DNA from: Ranitomeya imitator
Lineage: Eukaryota
Assembly: GCF_032444005.1 (NCBI RefSeq)
Contig: NC_091290.1
Span: forward strand, 147,064,001 to 147,128,000
DNA length: 64,000 nt
Reading direction: 5' to 3'
Below are positions 63,470 through 64,000 of this stretch, piece after piece. The translations under genes were made by a program, and so were the position numbers. The notes under the pieces are model-generated. The model made no database searches. It saw only the letters and a list, made by a program, of their open reading frames with translations, and was not told where the DNA came from. Numbering within the stretch: the stretch's first letter is position 1; the number at the start of each line of letters is the position of its first letter.

Positions 63470-64000
63470 GACATAGTAAAAAGTGAGAAATATTGTAAAA
63501 ATATGAAACAATATCACAAAATAATATTAAAAATAAAGAGATTGTACCCATAAACATTTTTATGGAGGGGGGAGAACAAAAGTACACATTTGGTATCGCT
63601 GCGTCCGAAACGACATGGCCTGTAAAACTGTGGCACCGTTAACCCCTTTAGTGAAGACCGCAAGCAACATTGATTTATAATCATACTATCGAATAAATAG
63701 TGGAATAAAATGTGATAATAAAGACAAATGTAAATAAAATTAGTACCGCTGAAAACGTCATCTTGTCCCGCAAAAAGCAATCCCCCATACATCTCCATCA
63801 GCAGAAAAATAAAAAAGTTATAGCTTTCAGAATAAAGCAATGCAAAAATAGTTTTCTGTAATTTTTTTTTTTTTTGTGTGTAAAAGCACCAAAACATACA
63901 AAAAATAAATGCGGTATCGCTGTAATCGTACTGACCCAAAGAATAAAACTGCCTTATCAATTTTGCCACAAATGGAATGGTATTAAAAAAATCTCCTAAA
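63470..64000. mobile_element. Probable diverged DNA-transposon remnant in WDR59 intron 3
   Basis: AT-rich non-coding sequence with GTTAACCCCTT and motifs recalled from anuran piggyBac-like repeats; no TIR pair visible. Confidence 0.4.

Overview
Vertebrate genomic DNA, most likely from a frog. This is inferred from GT-AG exon structure and amphibian-type T2/Harbinger MITEs, piggyBac-like ends and L2 LINEs. Three protein-coding genes can be assembled with consistent phases and canonical splice sites. (1) Plasmolipin PLLP, + strand, 4 coding exons at 11318-18995, 175 aa. (2) The RING E3 ligase ZNRF1, - strand, 4 coding exons at 43579-24835, 188 aa, plus a predicted 3'UTR intron and terminal exon. 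It converges on PLLP. (3) The first three coding exons of WDR59 (GATOR2 subunit), + strand, 56704-63222, divergent from ZNRF1 and running off the window. Roughly 36 kb (about 57%, hand estimate) is tandem repeat: about 16 minisatellite families of 24-86 bp in about 18 arrays. There are also several palindromic MITEs and a 5'-truncated L2 LINE. All very long ORFs in the track (400-1500 aa) are repeat artefacts, and there is no CRISPR, rRNA or tRNA. No complete new system can be demonstrated from the sequence alone. The most interesting recurring pattern is minisatellites built from functional signals: an array of copies of the ZNRF1 exon-1 splice donor behind an in-frame stop; an array of 3'-splice-site-like, UGCAUG-bearing units in WDR59 intron 1; a 430-nt AG-free repeat tract before the predicted ZNRF1 terminal exon; two related arrays of CTCF-like motifs in divergent orientation; and a 20-fold amplification of an L2 3'UTR hairpin. 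The frog ZNRF1 also appears to lack the mammalian Y103 phospho-switch. Comparisons to human proteins are from recall and need a real alignment.
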